Shown here: piece after piece, positions 7,881-16,764 of the stretch
Numbering within the stretch: position 1 is the stretch's first letter
How the letters are laid out: each line of letters begins with the position of its first letter
Origin: Firmicutes bacterium UBA5766
GTDB taxonomy: Bacteria > Bacillota > Desulfotomaculia > Desulfotomaculales > Nap2-2B
DNA: 64,000 bases
Reading direction: 5' to 3'
Assembly (NCBI GenBank): GCA_002418775.1
Contig: DIEU01000058.1
Coordinates: 24,224-88,223, forward strand
Program-made: the position numbers and the translations under genes
Notes under the pieces: generated by a model
Seen by the model: only the letters and a program-made list of their open reading frames with translations
Told to the model about the DNA's origin: nothing
Databases searched by the model: none

Positions 7881-10800
7881 TTACAAAAGGCGGCGCAGAA
7901 AGTCCTCAATAAAAGCCAGGTAACTGACAGGGTCCAAAGGAGAAATCCTCGTTTTCAACCTGATTTCAAATCCGTCGGAGTTGCTGAATTTGACCTGATT
8001 TTGATAATGGCGGACAATATCGACCAGTTTTTCACCGCTTAAGGAGTGCTGGCCGTGAAACTGCATCCGGTAGCCGCCTGCATGTCCGGTAAGGTTTTTT
8101 ACCCCAACCTGACTGGCCAGAGCTTTGGACCTCGCGATCATTAAAAGGTTGCGCACCGGCTCCGGCTGATCCCCGTAACGGTCAACCAGTTCTTCCTCCA
8201 GGTCCAGCGCCTCATCCTCCCTGCGGAAGGAGGCCAGACGGCGGTATAGATCAATTTTTTGATCGGGGTCAGGAACATAGCTGCCCGGAATATAAGCCTC
8301 AACAGGCATTTCTACGGAGGTGTCAACCGGACGAACGACAGTTTCACCTTTGGCTTCCAGGACAGCCTCTTCCAGCAAACGGCAGTAAAGTTCAAATCCG
8401 ACTGCAGCGATATGGCCGTGCTGTTCAGGCCCAAGCAAATTTCCTGCGCCGCGGATTTCCAAATCCTTCATGGCTATTTTATAACCGGAACCAAACTCTG
8501 TAAACTCACGAATCGCCGCCAGCCTTTTTTCCGCCACTTCGGAAATAATCCGGTTCCTGGGAAAAGTAAAGTAAGCATAGGCCAGTTTGTTTGACCTGCC
8601 CACTCTCCCGCGAAGCTGGTATAACTGGGCAAGACCGAGATTTTGCGCATCCTTGACAATCAGTGTATTTACATTCGATATATCCATCCCGTTTTCAATA
8701 ATCGTTGTACAGACTAAAACATCATATTCGTAATTAACGAAATCAAACATAACCTGCTCCAGTTCATCTTCACGCATCTGACCGTGGGCAACGGTGATCC
8801 TTGCCTCGGGAACAAGCCCCTGCAGCCAACAGGCGACGCTGTCAAGGTCGACAATCCTGTTGTGGACAAAATAAACCTGGCCCCGGCGTCCAATTTCCCT
8901 GCGGATTGCCTCCCTGATCAGCACGGCGTCTTCTTCAAGGACATAGGTCTGAACAGGAAAACGGTTCTCGGGCGGGGTCTGAATCAGACTTGTGTCACGC
9001 ACGCCAACCATCGACATATGCAGGGTGCGGGGAATTGGAGTAGCTGTCAGGGTAAGCACATCAACATTTTCCTTTATTTTCTTGAGCCTTTCTTTATGAG
9101 CAACCCCAAAACGCTGCTCTTCATCAACTACAACCAGGCCCAAATCTTTGAAAACAATGTCTTCCTGAACGAGGCGGTGAGTGCCGATGACTATATCCAC
9201 CTTACCGGAGCTTAAATCGGAAATTACCTGCCTTTGTTCCTGGGCGGAACGAAACCTGCTGAGCATTTCAACTGAAACCGGAAAACCGTTGAAACGATCC
9301 GTAAAGGTATTGTAGTGCTGCTGGGCAAGAATAGTAGTAGGGACCAGTACGGCAACCTGCTTTCCCTCCGTGACAGCCTTGAAGGCGGCCCTTAAAGCAA
9401 CCTCTGTTTTACCGTAGCCGACATCACCGCATAGCAATCTGTCCATCGGCCTTACTTTTTCCATATCAGCTTTAACTTCCTCAACGGTCCTCAGCTGATC
9501 GGGGGTCTCTTCATAAGGAAAAGAAGCCTCAAATTCGCGCTGCCAAACAGTGTCAGGATTAAAAGCATACCCGGGCAGTTTTTGGCGGGCGGCGTATAAA
9601 GCCAGCAGTTCCCCCGCCATTTCACGAACAGCTTCTTTTACCCTGCCCTTGACACGAGACCACTCGCTCCCACCCAAACGTGACAACCGGGGAATCTCCG
9701 CTTCCGCGCCAAGGTATTTTTGGACGAGGCCTACCTGATCCGTCGGCACATACAGCCTGTCTTCCCCAGCGTACTGAACAAGCAGGTACTCCTTTTGAAT
9801 ACTCTCTATTTCCAGGGAGACTATTCCCTGGTAACGGCCGATTCCATGATTTTGATGAACCACAAAATCGCCGATCTTTAAATCGGCAAACGATTCCAGG
9901 TGTTTTGAGCGCCGTGGCCGCTCCCTTTGATTTTTCACCGGGCGGCTGAAAATTTCTTTTTCCGTAATCACCACCAGGTTACAGGAAATAAACTCAAATC
10001 CCTCTTTTAAAGCGCCTGTTGTTAGAACAACCTGTCCGGACTTTAATTCCTGATTCAGGTCTTCTGTTGTAAAGGGGTTAATTCCGGCGTCAATTAAGGA
10101 TTCCTGCAGATGGAGGGCGCGTTTTTTGCCTCCAATTACCAGGACAATTAAGTAGTTCATTTTAATAAAATGTTTTATTTCCTCAAAAAGAGTTTCCAAA
10201 TGCCCGTGAAAAACCCTTTTGCTCCTTGCAGTAAAAGACACAATGTTTTGGAAAATCACGTCCTGTGATTGCCTTTGCAGCAAAAACAGGCAGATAATCC
10301 GGAAACGGCTTAAAGCCTCCTCAATATAGCGCCAGTCAACGTAACCGCCGGACTGCATGGAAAGAACCTTTCCGTTCATCATCAGTTCCGTATAGATCTG
10401 TTCCCGTTCCTTGCCGATACTTTCAACAATTTCTTTTATTCTTACCGGATCATCCACGAAGACTGGACAGTCTGCGGGCAAATAATCAAACAGAGTTACA
10501 GGCCGGGGGTAAAAATAGGGCAGCAACTGCTCCCATCCCGGTGAATAAAATCCCTCCTGCAGTTGCAGGATAATTGCTTCAGCAAACTCAACGAGGTTAT
10601 CGCCCGCTTCACTGGAACCGGCCCGCTTAGGTTTGTTCAACTGGTTCTGATAATCAGCTTCTATCCTTTTTAACGCCGCTGCCCTGATTTCCTTATTGGA
10701 TACCAATTCCCTGGCGGTAAAGAAGGTTATTTCCTGAACGTTCTCTTCAGACCTCTGAGATTCCTCATCGAAAAACCTGATTGAATCCACTTCTTCGTCA

Positions 10801-11390
10801 AAAAATTCTATCCTGAAAGGACGCTTAAAATTTAAGGGAAATATATCAATAATACCGCCCCTGCTGCTGAATTGACCCCTTCCCTCAACCAAATCAACAT
10901 ATTCATAACCAAAGTCTAAAAGCCTGAGCTTGAGTTCCCTCAAATCAACCTTTTCCCCAACTTTTATACGGATTTTTGTATTCAGGAAAACATCCGGCGG
11001 GGACAGCCTTCTCAGCAGGGCTTCGATTGGGGAAACAACAATCACGTTATCTCCCCCGCCCAATGCTCCCAGAACCTCCAGCCTCCGGGAAGGCGCCTCC
11101 TGGTCGTGGGCCAGAACCTGAAAGGGCAGCAACTGCCAGGTAGGGAAATAGCAAATCCTGCTTTCGGGTAAGAAAGCAGCAAGTTCATCAACCAGGGCAA
11201 TCGCTTCGGCGTCCCCGGGCGTCACAACCAGTACCGGGACATTCCGCCGGCGTGCAATTCCCCCGATCAAGAAACTTCGCTGGGAACCCGACAGACCAAT
11301 AACCGCTTGACGTTTAAGTTGCTTGTCCAGACCCTGGCTTAATCTCTTAAATTGATCCGTTTGCATTAAAGGTTGGAATAATCCCTGCAT
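7881..11390 (-). CDS. mfd: Transcription-repair coupling factor Mfd
   Basis: 1169 aa with a UvrB-like N-terminus, the helicase motifs LLCGDVGYGKTEVA and VVDEEQRFGV, and a TRG-type C-terminus. Confidence 0.95.
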   Translation of the reverse strand: MQGLFQPLMQTDQFKRLSQGLDKQLKRQAVIGLSGSQRSFLIGGIARRRNVPVLVVTPGDAEAIALVDELAAFLPESRICYFPTWQLLPFQVLAHDQEAPSRRLEVLGALGGGDNVIVVSPIEALLRRLSPPDVFLNTKIRIKVGEKVDLRELKLRLLDFGYEYVDLVEGRGQFSSRGGIIDIFPLNFKRPFRIEFFDEEVDSIRFFDEESQRSEENVQEITFFTARELVSNKEIRAAALKRIEADYQNQLNKPKRAGSSEAGDNLVEFAEAIILQLQEGFYSPGWEQLLPYFYPRPVTLFDYLPADCPVFVDDPVRIKEIVESIGKEREQIYTELMMNGKVLSMQSGGYVDWRYIEEALSRFRIICLFLLQRQSQDVIFQNIVSFTARSKRVFHGHLETLFEEIKHFIKMNYLIVLVIGGKKRALHLQESLIDAGINPFTTEDLNQELKSGQVVLTTGALKEGFEFISCNLVVITEKEIFSRPVKNQRERPRRSKHLESFADLKIGDFVVHQNHGIGRYQGIVSLEIESIQKEYLLVQYAGEDRLYVPTDQVGLVQKYLGAEAEIPRLSRLGGSEWSRVKGRVKEAVREMAGELLALYAARQKLPGYAFNPDTVWQREFEASFPYEETPDQLRTVEEVKADMEKVRPMDRLLCGDVGYGKTEVALRAAFKAVTEGKQVAVLVPTTILAQQHYNTFTDRFNGFPVSVEMLSRFRSAQEQRQVISDLSSGKVDIVIGTHRLVQEDIVFKDLGLVVVDEEQRFGVAHKERLKKIKENVDVLTLTATPIPRTLHMSMVGVRDTSLIQTPPENRFPVQTYVLEEDAVLIREAIRREIGRRGQVYFVHNRIVDLDSVACWLQGLVPEARITVAHGQMREDELEQVMFDFVNYEYDVLVCTTIIENGMDISNVNTLIVKDAQNLGLAQLYQLRGRVGRSNKLAYAYFTFPRNRIISEVAEKRLAAIREFTEFGSGYKIAMKDLEIRGAGNLLGPEQHGHIAAVGFELYCRLLEEAVLEAKGETVVRPVDTSVEMPVEAYIPGSYVPDPDQKIDLYRRLASFRREDEALDLEEELVDRYGDQPEPVRNLLMIARSKALASQVGVKNLTGHAGGYRMQFHGQHSLSGEKLVDIVRHYQNQVKFSNSDGFEIRLKTRISPLDPVSYLAFIEDFLRRLL

Positions 11391-11751
11391 TTGATTCCCT
11401 TCCGGTGTGAAAAGGCATTATTAAAGGAGCTTTAGCAGGCTTCACTAAAGAGCACGCGCCAAAACAAGGACAAAGAAGTATTTATCCCTTAGCTATACTA
11501 TAAACTATATTACAAACAGTATAAAAAGTGACCTGAATCTTAACCAATTTTATCTTGCGCTTCACCTGCAAGTCAAGAAAAAAGCCCCGAATTGTTTATT
11601 TATGGTATATTCCTACAAATCAGGCTGTATTTATATATTATCGGTAAATTCTACCTGCTTTATACCGTGTTGCGCCTTACAGATTTGTTTGACTTAAATA
11701 AGCGCTTCTGATACCATCAGGTAATAGACTTTTCGGAATGAGGTGTAGATT

Positions 11752-12774
11752 TTGGGCAGTGTGAAGGACCTTACAGTTTGTACGCCGGCTGTTAAAGACC
11801 GCAGCGGAACCGGCATTTTCTCATTTTCAGACCGGTACTCTGTTTTTGACTGGGGGGAAATGCCGGATCAAATCGAAAACAAAGGCGCTTCCCTTTGCCT
11901 TGTAAGCGCATATTTTTTTGAACGGCTTCAGGAAAAGGGAATCAAAACACACTATCTTGGGGTTATTGAAAATGGAGAGACAAAAAGGCTGTCCGAACTG
12001 TCCGGTCCGTCTAATTCCATGAAAGTAAGCCTGCTCAGGGTTATCGAACCCACAATAAAAAATAACGAATATGATTATTCGGCTTACCGTTTGGAAGGAG
12101 CCAATTTTCTTATCCCCCTGGAAATAATCTACCGGCGTTCACTGCCGGAAGGTTCCAGCGTGTTTAAAAGGATTAAGGAAGGCGGCTTAAAACCTGAAGA
12201 CCTCGGATTGAAAGACACGCCCGCGCCTGGCACGGTCCTCGAAAAACCTTTCCTTGACGTTTCGACCAAACTGGAGTCAAGCGACCGCTATATCGACTGG
12301 AACACGGCAATGAAGATTGCCGGCCTGGATAATCAAGAAATTGAAGATATAAAGAGAATAACCGTTTACATAAGTGAACTGATCACTCAAGAAGCAGGCA
12401 GGCTGGGACTAAATAATGAAGATGGAAAAATCGAAATCGGATTTGATGAAAATAGAAAACTAACTATTGTTGATGTAATGGGCACGCTGGATGAATGCCG
12501 CTTTACTTTTCAGGGAGTTCCCGTCAGCAAAGAAATAGCCAGGATTTATTACAGGAACACGGACTGGTACCGGCGCATTGAAGAAGCCAAGAAAAGAAAT
12601 AGCATAACCTGGAAAGATGATTTTCAGGTTATGCCTCCAAAACTACCGGCAAGGCTGAAAGACCTTATCGGGCTGCTTTACTGCGCCTACGCCAATGAAA
12701 TAACAGGCAGGGAGTGGTTCGCAAACATTCCTCCCTTAAAGGAGATCGTCCGCGAGGCAAGCGAATTTATTTAA
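11752..12774 (+). CDS. purC: SAICAR synthetase-family protein (PurC-like, long 340-aa form)
   Basis: GSVKDL...GIFSFSDRYSVFDWG and the later LEIIYRR / KIEIGFDE blocks fit the SAICAR-synthase family. TTG start with RBS GAGGTG. It stands alone, not in a pur operon. Confidence 0.7.
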   Translation: MGSVKDLTVCTPAVKDRSGTGIFSFSDRYSVFDWGEMPDQIENKGASLCLVSAYFFERLQEKGIKTHYLGVIENGETKRLSELSGPSNSMKVSLLRVIEPTIKNNEYDYSAYRLEGANFLIPLEIIYRRSLPEGSSVFKRIKEGGLKPEDLGLKDTPAPGTVLEKPFLDVSTKLESSDRYIDWNTAMKIAGLDNQEIEDIKRITVYISELITQEAGRLGLNNEDGKIEIGFDENRKLTIVDVMGTLDECRFTFQGVPVSKEIARIYYRNTDWYRRIEEAKKRNSITWKDDFQVMPPKLPARLKDLIGLLYCAYANEITGREWFANIPPLKEIVREASEFI

Positions 12775-12841
12775 AAAATATTATCCGGACAGACACTCTT
12801 TTAAAGCCATCTCCATAATATTAAATGCATTTTAATATTTT

Positions 12842-13564
12842 ATGGGAGGTGGCATAGTGCTACCAGGCTTATGGACCTTGGCAGTTCTGTCGTTAGTAAA
12901 TGGTCTTTTGCTGCTGGTATCATACATTGCCAACAATACTTTTCCTCAGCCTCTTTCCGAAGAAGAGGAAAAGAAATGCCTGGTTCAACTTACCAAAGGA
13001 AGCGAGGAGGCAAGAAACAAGCTCACTGAACACAACCTAAGGCTTGTAGCGCATATCGTAAAAAAATACGACAATACCGGTGAGGATTTAGACGACTTAA
13101 TATCAATCGGGACAATAGGATTGATTAAGGCGATTAAAACATTCAACTCTTCAAAGGGAACACGTCTGGCAACCTATGCGGCGCGCTGCATCGATAATGA
13201 AATATTGATGCACCTGAGATTTATCAAGAAAGTACGCTCGGAAGTTTCGCTTTATGACCCTATAGGGCTGGATAAGGAAGGAAACGAGATCACTTTAATT
13301 GATGTACTTGGTACTCACTCGGAAATTGTTGCTGAGACAGTAGAAAACCTTTTCGAGAGAAAAAGGCTGCTGGAAAAAGTATGCAAACTAAACAAAAGGG
13401 AAAAGAAAGTGCTGGAACTTCGCTTCGGCCTGGGAAGCGGCAGGCATGACACACAGCGTGAAATAGCCAAGAAACTTGGAATATCGCGATCGTATGTATC
13501 GCGAATTGAGAAACGTGCGTTGAGTAAATTAACAAAGGAATTTAACGCCGAGGGCTGCCAGTAA
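12842..13564 (+). CDS. sigK: RNA polymerase sporulation sigma factor K (pro-sigma-K), uninterrupted
   Basis: [26 protein letters not shown]...[36 protein letters not shown]...[24 protein letters not shown] is nearly collinear with B. subtilis SigK as I recall it (..LVFLVSYVKNNAFPQPLS..). The in-frame GTG at 12857 lies behind RBS GGGAGGTGG and is probably the real start. Confidence 0.9.
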   Translation: MGGGIVLPGLWTLAVLSLVNGLLLLVSYIANNTFPQPLSEEEEKKCLVQLTKGSEEARNKLTEHNLRLVAHIVKKYDNTGEDLDDLISIGTIGLIKAIKTFNSSKGTRLATYAARCIDNEILMHLRFIKKVRSEVSLYDPIGLDKEGNEITLIDVLGTHSEIVAETVENLFERKRLLEKVCKLNKREKKVLELRFGLGSGRHDTQREIAKKLGISRSYVSRIEKRALSKLTKEFNAEGCQ

Positions 13565-13580
13565 AGCAGCCCTTTGTTTT
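13552..13580 (+). terminator. Terminator of sigK
   Basis: GGGCTGC-cagtaaa-GCAGCCC with the stop codon in the loop, followed by TTTGTTTT. Confidence 0.6.
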
Positions 13581-13593
13581 ATAAAATCCTTTT

Positions 13594-14967
13594 TTATGGG
13601 GCCTGATGGCTGATCTTCTTATTGCTTTTTTCGTTTAAGCCGCTTGCCGTCTCTCCGCCAATAGCCACGGGGATAGTCTGCAGAATAATCTTTAAATCCA
13701 GTACCGGAGAATAATGCCGTATATAGTAAAGGTCGAACCTTAATTTGTCTTCCGCTGAAGTGGTATACTTTCCAAAAACCTGAGCCATTCCTGTAAGACC
13801 AGGTTTTACAAGATAACGGTACTGATAATCCGGCAATTCGTTGACAAACTGTTCAACGAAGAAGGATCTTTCCGGCCTTGGCCCCACGATGCTCATATCT
13901 CCTTTAATAACATTTAATAATTGAGGCAGTTCATCCAGCCGGGTAGACCTTAAAAATTTACCCGCACGGGTTATCCGGGGATCCTTTTCAGCCGATAAAA
14001 CGGGCCCGGTGTGTTTCTCTGCATCGTGAACCATAGTGCGAAACTTATACAGTAAAAATGGTTTCCCTTTCAGTCCTATCCGCTCCTGTATATAGAACAC
14101 CGGCCCCGGAGAACTCACCGCAACAACAACAACGCAGGCGACCAGAACCGGTGCCATGATAATAAAGCATAATAACGCGAAAAATAAGTCAGTCCCTCTT
14201 TTTGCAGCCTTCTGCAATATTGATAACCGAATGTCCCGAACCTCGACAACAGGCAGGTCATTAAGCTGGAGCATGCTGCCGCGGCTAAGCATTATATCAT
14301 ACAGGTCCGGCACTAGAAAAGCTTCCCGGCGCGCTTCCAGGCAAGCTGTCAAAACTTTGGCCTTGATCTCCCGGGAAATCAAGGGTGAAAGTAAAACTGC
14401 GTTAGCCTTCTTTAGCAAAACTGGAAGCTGATCAATATCTTCCGGTGAAATCACCTGCTGAATTCCAAACCAGGACCCTGGCGGGCAGACCAACTTTTCA
14501 AGCATCCCCGGAACTTCCAGGTCGCGTCCGATAACCAGCAACTCCTGCCGCCCGTATAACCAGCGTTCGAAATACCAAAAGAGATACCTCCAGACACAGA
14601 TTAGCAGCGCCTGGATGAACATAGCCAGGATTAACACACTGCGCGGAAAGGCAAAACCACGAAACCAGAAAGTAAGCGCCATGGTTATTATCATAACACC
14701 AGCTATACCGGTAACGACCCCCCCGATCATGGATAAGGGTCCGTTCCGACGCCCCCGGTATAGGCCCAGCCCGCCGAACAGAACCAGGGTTGCCGTTCCA
14801 ATCCAGGGGAAAACTCTGATGAACGGCTGCCAGTTAAATACCGGCACTTCAACAGGGAAGCGAATGACAAAAGCAAGAAAGTACCCCAGGAAAACCAGCA
14901 GCAAATCTCCGGCGGCCAGCAGATAAGGCAGAAAAGGTTTTAGTATTCGCATTTTAAACATATTCAT
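13594..14967 (-). CDS. Polyprenyl-phosphate glycosyl-1-phosphate transferase (WbaP/EpsL-type priming sugar transferase)
   Basis: Multi-TM N-terminus plus the C-terminal bacterial sugar-transferase domain (KRGTDLFFAL...LYKFRTM...DELPQLLNVIKGDMSIVGPRPE). Confidence 0.85.
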   Translation of the reverse strand: MNMFKMRILKPFLPYLLAAGDLLLVFLGYFLAFVIRFPVEVPVFNWQPFIRVFPWIGTATLVLFGGLGLYRGRRNGPLSMIGGVVTGIAGVMIITMALTFWFRGFAFPRSVLILAMFIQALLICVWRYLFWYFERWLYGRQELLVIGRDLEVPGMLEKLVCPPGSWFGIQQVISPEDIDQLPVLLKKANAVLLSPLISREIKAKVLTACLEARREAFLVPDLYDIMLSRGSMLQLNDLPVVEVRDIRLSILQKAAKRGTDLFFALLCFIIMAPVLVACVVVVAVSSPGPVFYIQERIGLKGKPFLLYKFRTMVHDAEKHTGPVLSAEKDPRITRAGKFLRSTRLDELPQLLNVIKGDMSIVGPRPERSFFVEQFVNELPDYQYRYLVKPGLTGMAQVFGKYTTSAEDKLRFDLYYIRHYSPVLDLKIILQTIPVAIGGETASGLNEKSNKKISHQAP

Positions 14968-15053
14968 AACTAGAGTTATTTTAACTTATGCAGGCGGGAA
15001 TCTTAAGTTAATTTATCCTGAAAATTATTATCCTGAAAATAACTACCCTACCT

Positions 15054-15494
15054 TTATGTCTCGATAAGGTCCTTTTTTCTAATGATCGGCCATATCTTCT
15101 GCCCGTAGATCACCTTTTCCGGTTCATCAGCTTCCTCTAAGTAATTCGTCAGGGACCACCACGCTGATCTGGAAACACGTGTGTCTTCAGGCCATCTCAG
15201 GGTGATATAAGGCACATCTCCAATTAGAATTATCGGCCCGTCCGGAAGTTCAACATCTCTTCCATCGGCTAACAGGATTCTTAATGTCTCGTTCTCCGGA
15301 ACAACCCCAGCCATGACAAAAGGTGTTTCTTCAACCTCCACAGGCATGGATTCGTTGCCCAGGCAGACCAGAAAACCGCCATTTTCATCTTTTTGCAGAT
15401 TTTCCGCAAAAAGCATCAATATTTTGCGGTGTATTATAGGATTATAATCAGCATACCAGGTTCCTTCCTTATCAATACGCAACACAGATACCAT
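15054..15494 (-). CDS. DUF1285-like protein
   Basis: LRIDKEGTWYADYNPIIHRKILMLFAENLQKDENGGF...VEVEETPF resembles the DUF1285 pattern as I remember it. Function is unknown. Confidence 0.45.
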   Translation of the reverse strand: MVSVLRIDKEGTWYADYNPIIHRKILMLFAENLQKDENGGFLVCLGNESMPVEVEETPFVMAGVVPENETLRILLADGRDVELPDGPIILIGDVPYITLRWPEDTRVSRSAWWSLTNYLEEADEPEKVIYGQKIWPIIRKKDLIET

Positions 15495-15511
15495 TTTATC
15501 ACCCGTTCTTT

Positions 15512-15558
15512 CTACCCTGAAAATTAACTTGCTTTAAGGAGGTCAACTGCCTACGTTT
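15512..15558 (-). repeat. Copy 1 of a 47-nt intergenic element (21-nt perfect core AAACGTAGGCAGTTGACCTCC)
   Basis: The minus strand reads AAACGTAGGCAGTTGACCTCCTTAAAGCAAGTTAATTTTCAGGGTAG. The 21-nt core is identical to 55553-55573, and I count 39/47 matches overall. Confidence 0.9.
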
Positions 15559-16688
15559 TAAGAATTGTGGTAAAGCAGTTTGTAATCCTGTACCATACGG
15601 GCAAGCGAAAAGTCGCTTTTTGCCTTATGATACCCTGAAATGCCTAGTTGTTTGCGCAATTCAGGATCTTCCAACAGCCTAATCAGCTTTTTTAAGGCCT
15701 GTTTTCTATCTCCGGGGTCAACTAAAAATCCTGTTTCTCCGTCCGCAACCAACTCCGGAATACCCCCGATAATATTGGCCAAAACCGGCAGTCTGTTTAA
15801 CATAGCCTCTATTATAGTCAGCGGCAGCCCTTCCCAGAGTGAAAACAGGCAGAATACATCAAAATCCCCCATTAAAGAAGCGGCGTTTTCCCTGCTTCCC
15901 AGGAGGAAAACTCGCTTCTGCAAACATTTTAAGTTTATGTAGTCCTCACACTCATTTTTCAAGGGTCCGTCCCCGATTAGGACAAAATATATGTTTGGTC
16001 TGCTGCCGGCAGATAACAAATCAGCCGCTAACTCCAGAAAATAAAGTGGGTTTTTTTGTGCGCTCAACCTGCAGACAGTTCCAACCAGAAGATCATCGGC
16101 GCTTAGGCCCAGTTCAGCCCTCAGTAAACCCGTATTTAAAAAACCGTAACAGGGGACTCCATTATATATAACAGTCAATTTTGAAGGAGCTATACGTCTC
16201 CTTATACCCCAATTGAAATCCGCTTTTGATACACAGACCAGGTTTGAGCTTATAACTGCGGCCGCTTTTTCCGCCGCCGTATAAATAAATTGCTTTAACC
16301 TGCCCTGTTCCGGAGTAATCCCCCAACCGTGAACGGTAAAAAGTATTTTCCTTGTCCCGGCCAGAAAAGCCGCCGCCCTGCCAAGTATACCCGCTTTCGA
16401 ACTGTGGCAGTGGACTATGTCAAAGCTACTTCCGGCCATCAACCGGTTAAGTTTCCATAGAGCGCTCAGATCATTCAATAAAGAAACTCTGCGGCGCAGT
16501 TGGGGAAGCTCGACAATTTTTACTGTATCAAGCTCTTTTAACCATTTAACCAGTTCTCCTCCAGGACTGCAGGCCACTGTAATTTCAAAATTATCCTGAA
16601 AAAGGCTGCTGACTAGATAATAAAGTATTTTTTGCGCACCGCCAAGTTCTGAAAGGGTGATCACATAAAGTATTTTTATCTTTTTCAA
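15558..16688 (-). CDS. Glycosyltransferase family 4 (GT-B, group 1)
   Basis: N-terminal ILYVITLSELGGAQK, and a C-terminal EGLPLTIIEAMLNRLPVLA (E-x7-E) motif. Confidence 0.85.
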   Translation of the reverse strand: MKKIKILYVITLSELGGAQKILYYLVSSLFQDNFEITVACSPGGELVKWLKELDTVKIVELPQLRRRVSLLNDLSALWKLNRLMAGSSFDIVHCHSSKAGILGRAAAFLAGTRKILFTVHGWGITPEQGRLKQFIYTAAEKAAAVISSNLVCVSKADFNWGIRRRIAPSKLTVIYNGVPCYGFLNTGLLRAELGLSADDLLVGTVCRLSAQKNPLYFLELAADLLSAGSRPNIYFVLIGDGPLKNECEDYINLKCLQKRVFLLGSRENAASLMGDFDVFCLFSLWEGLPLTIIEAMLNRLPVLANIIGGIPELVADGETGFLVDPGDRKQALKKLIRLLEDPELRKQLGISGYHKAKSDFSLARMVQDYKLLYHNS

Positions 16689-16764
16689 AAAGCCCCGGCC
16701 TCCAAGGCGGCTCCCTATATTATCTATATTTCTTCCCGGCCTGTTGCAGTATGTCGTCTGCCTG

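Noticed and set aside
11391-11751. A purine or ZTP riboswitch upstream of the purC-like gene, and likewise upstream of guaB at 23305-23402.
   Set aside because: I could not find the conserved purine-riboswitch junction sequences or a pfl/ZTP pseudoknot pattern by eye. A covariance-model scan with Rfam would be decisive.
12795-12823. A sigma-K-type autoregulatory promoter upstream of sigK (AC, 17 nt, then CATAATATT).
   Set aside because: The -10 deviates from CATAnnnTA at the last position. It would also leave a leader of only about 12-25 nt. This is too weak to annotate.
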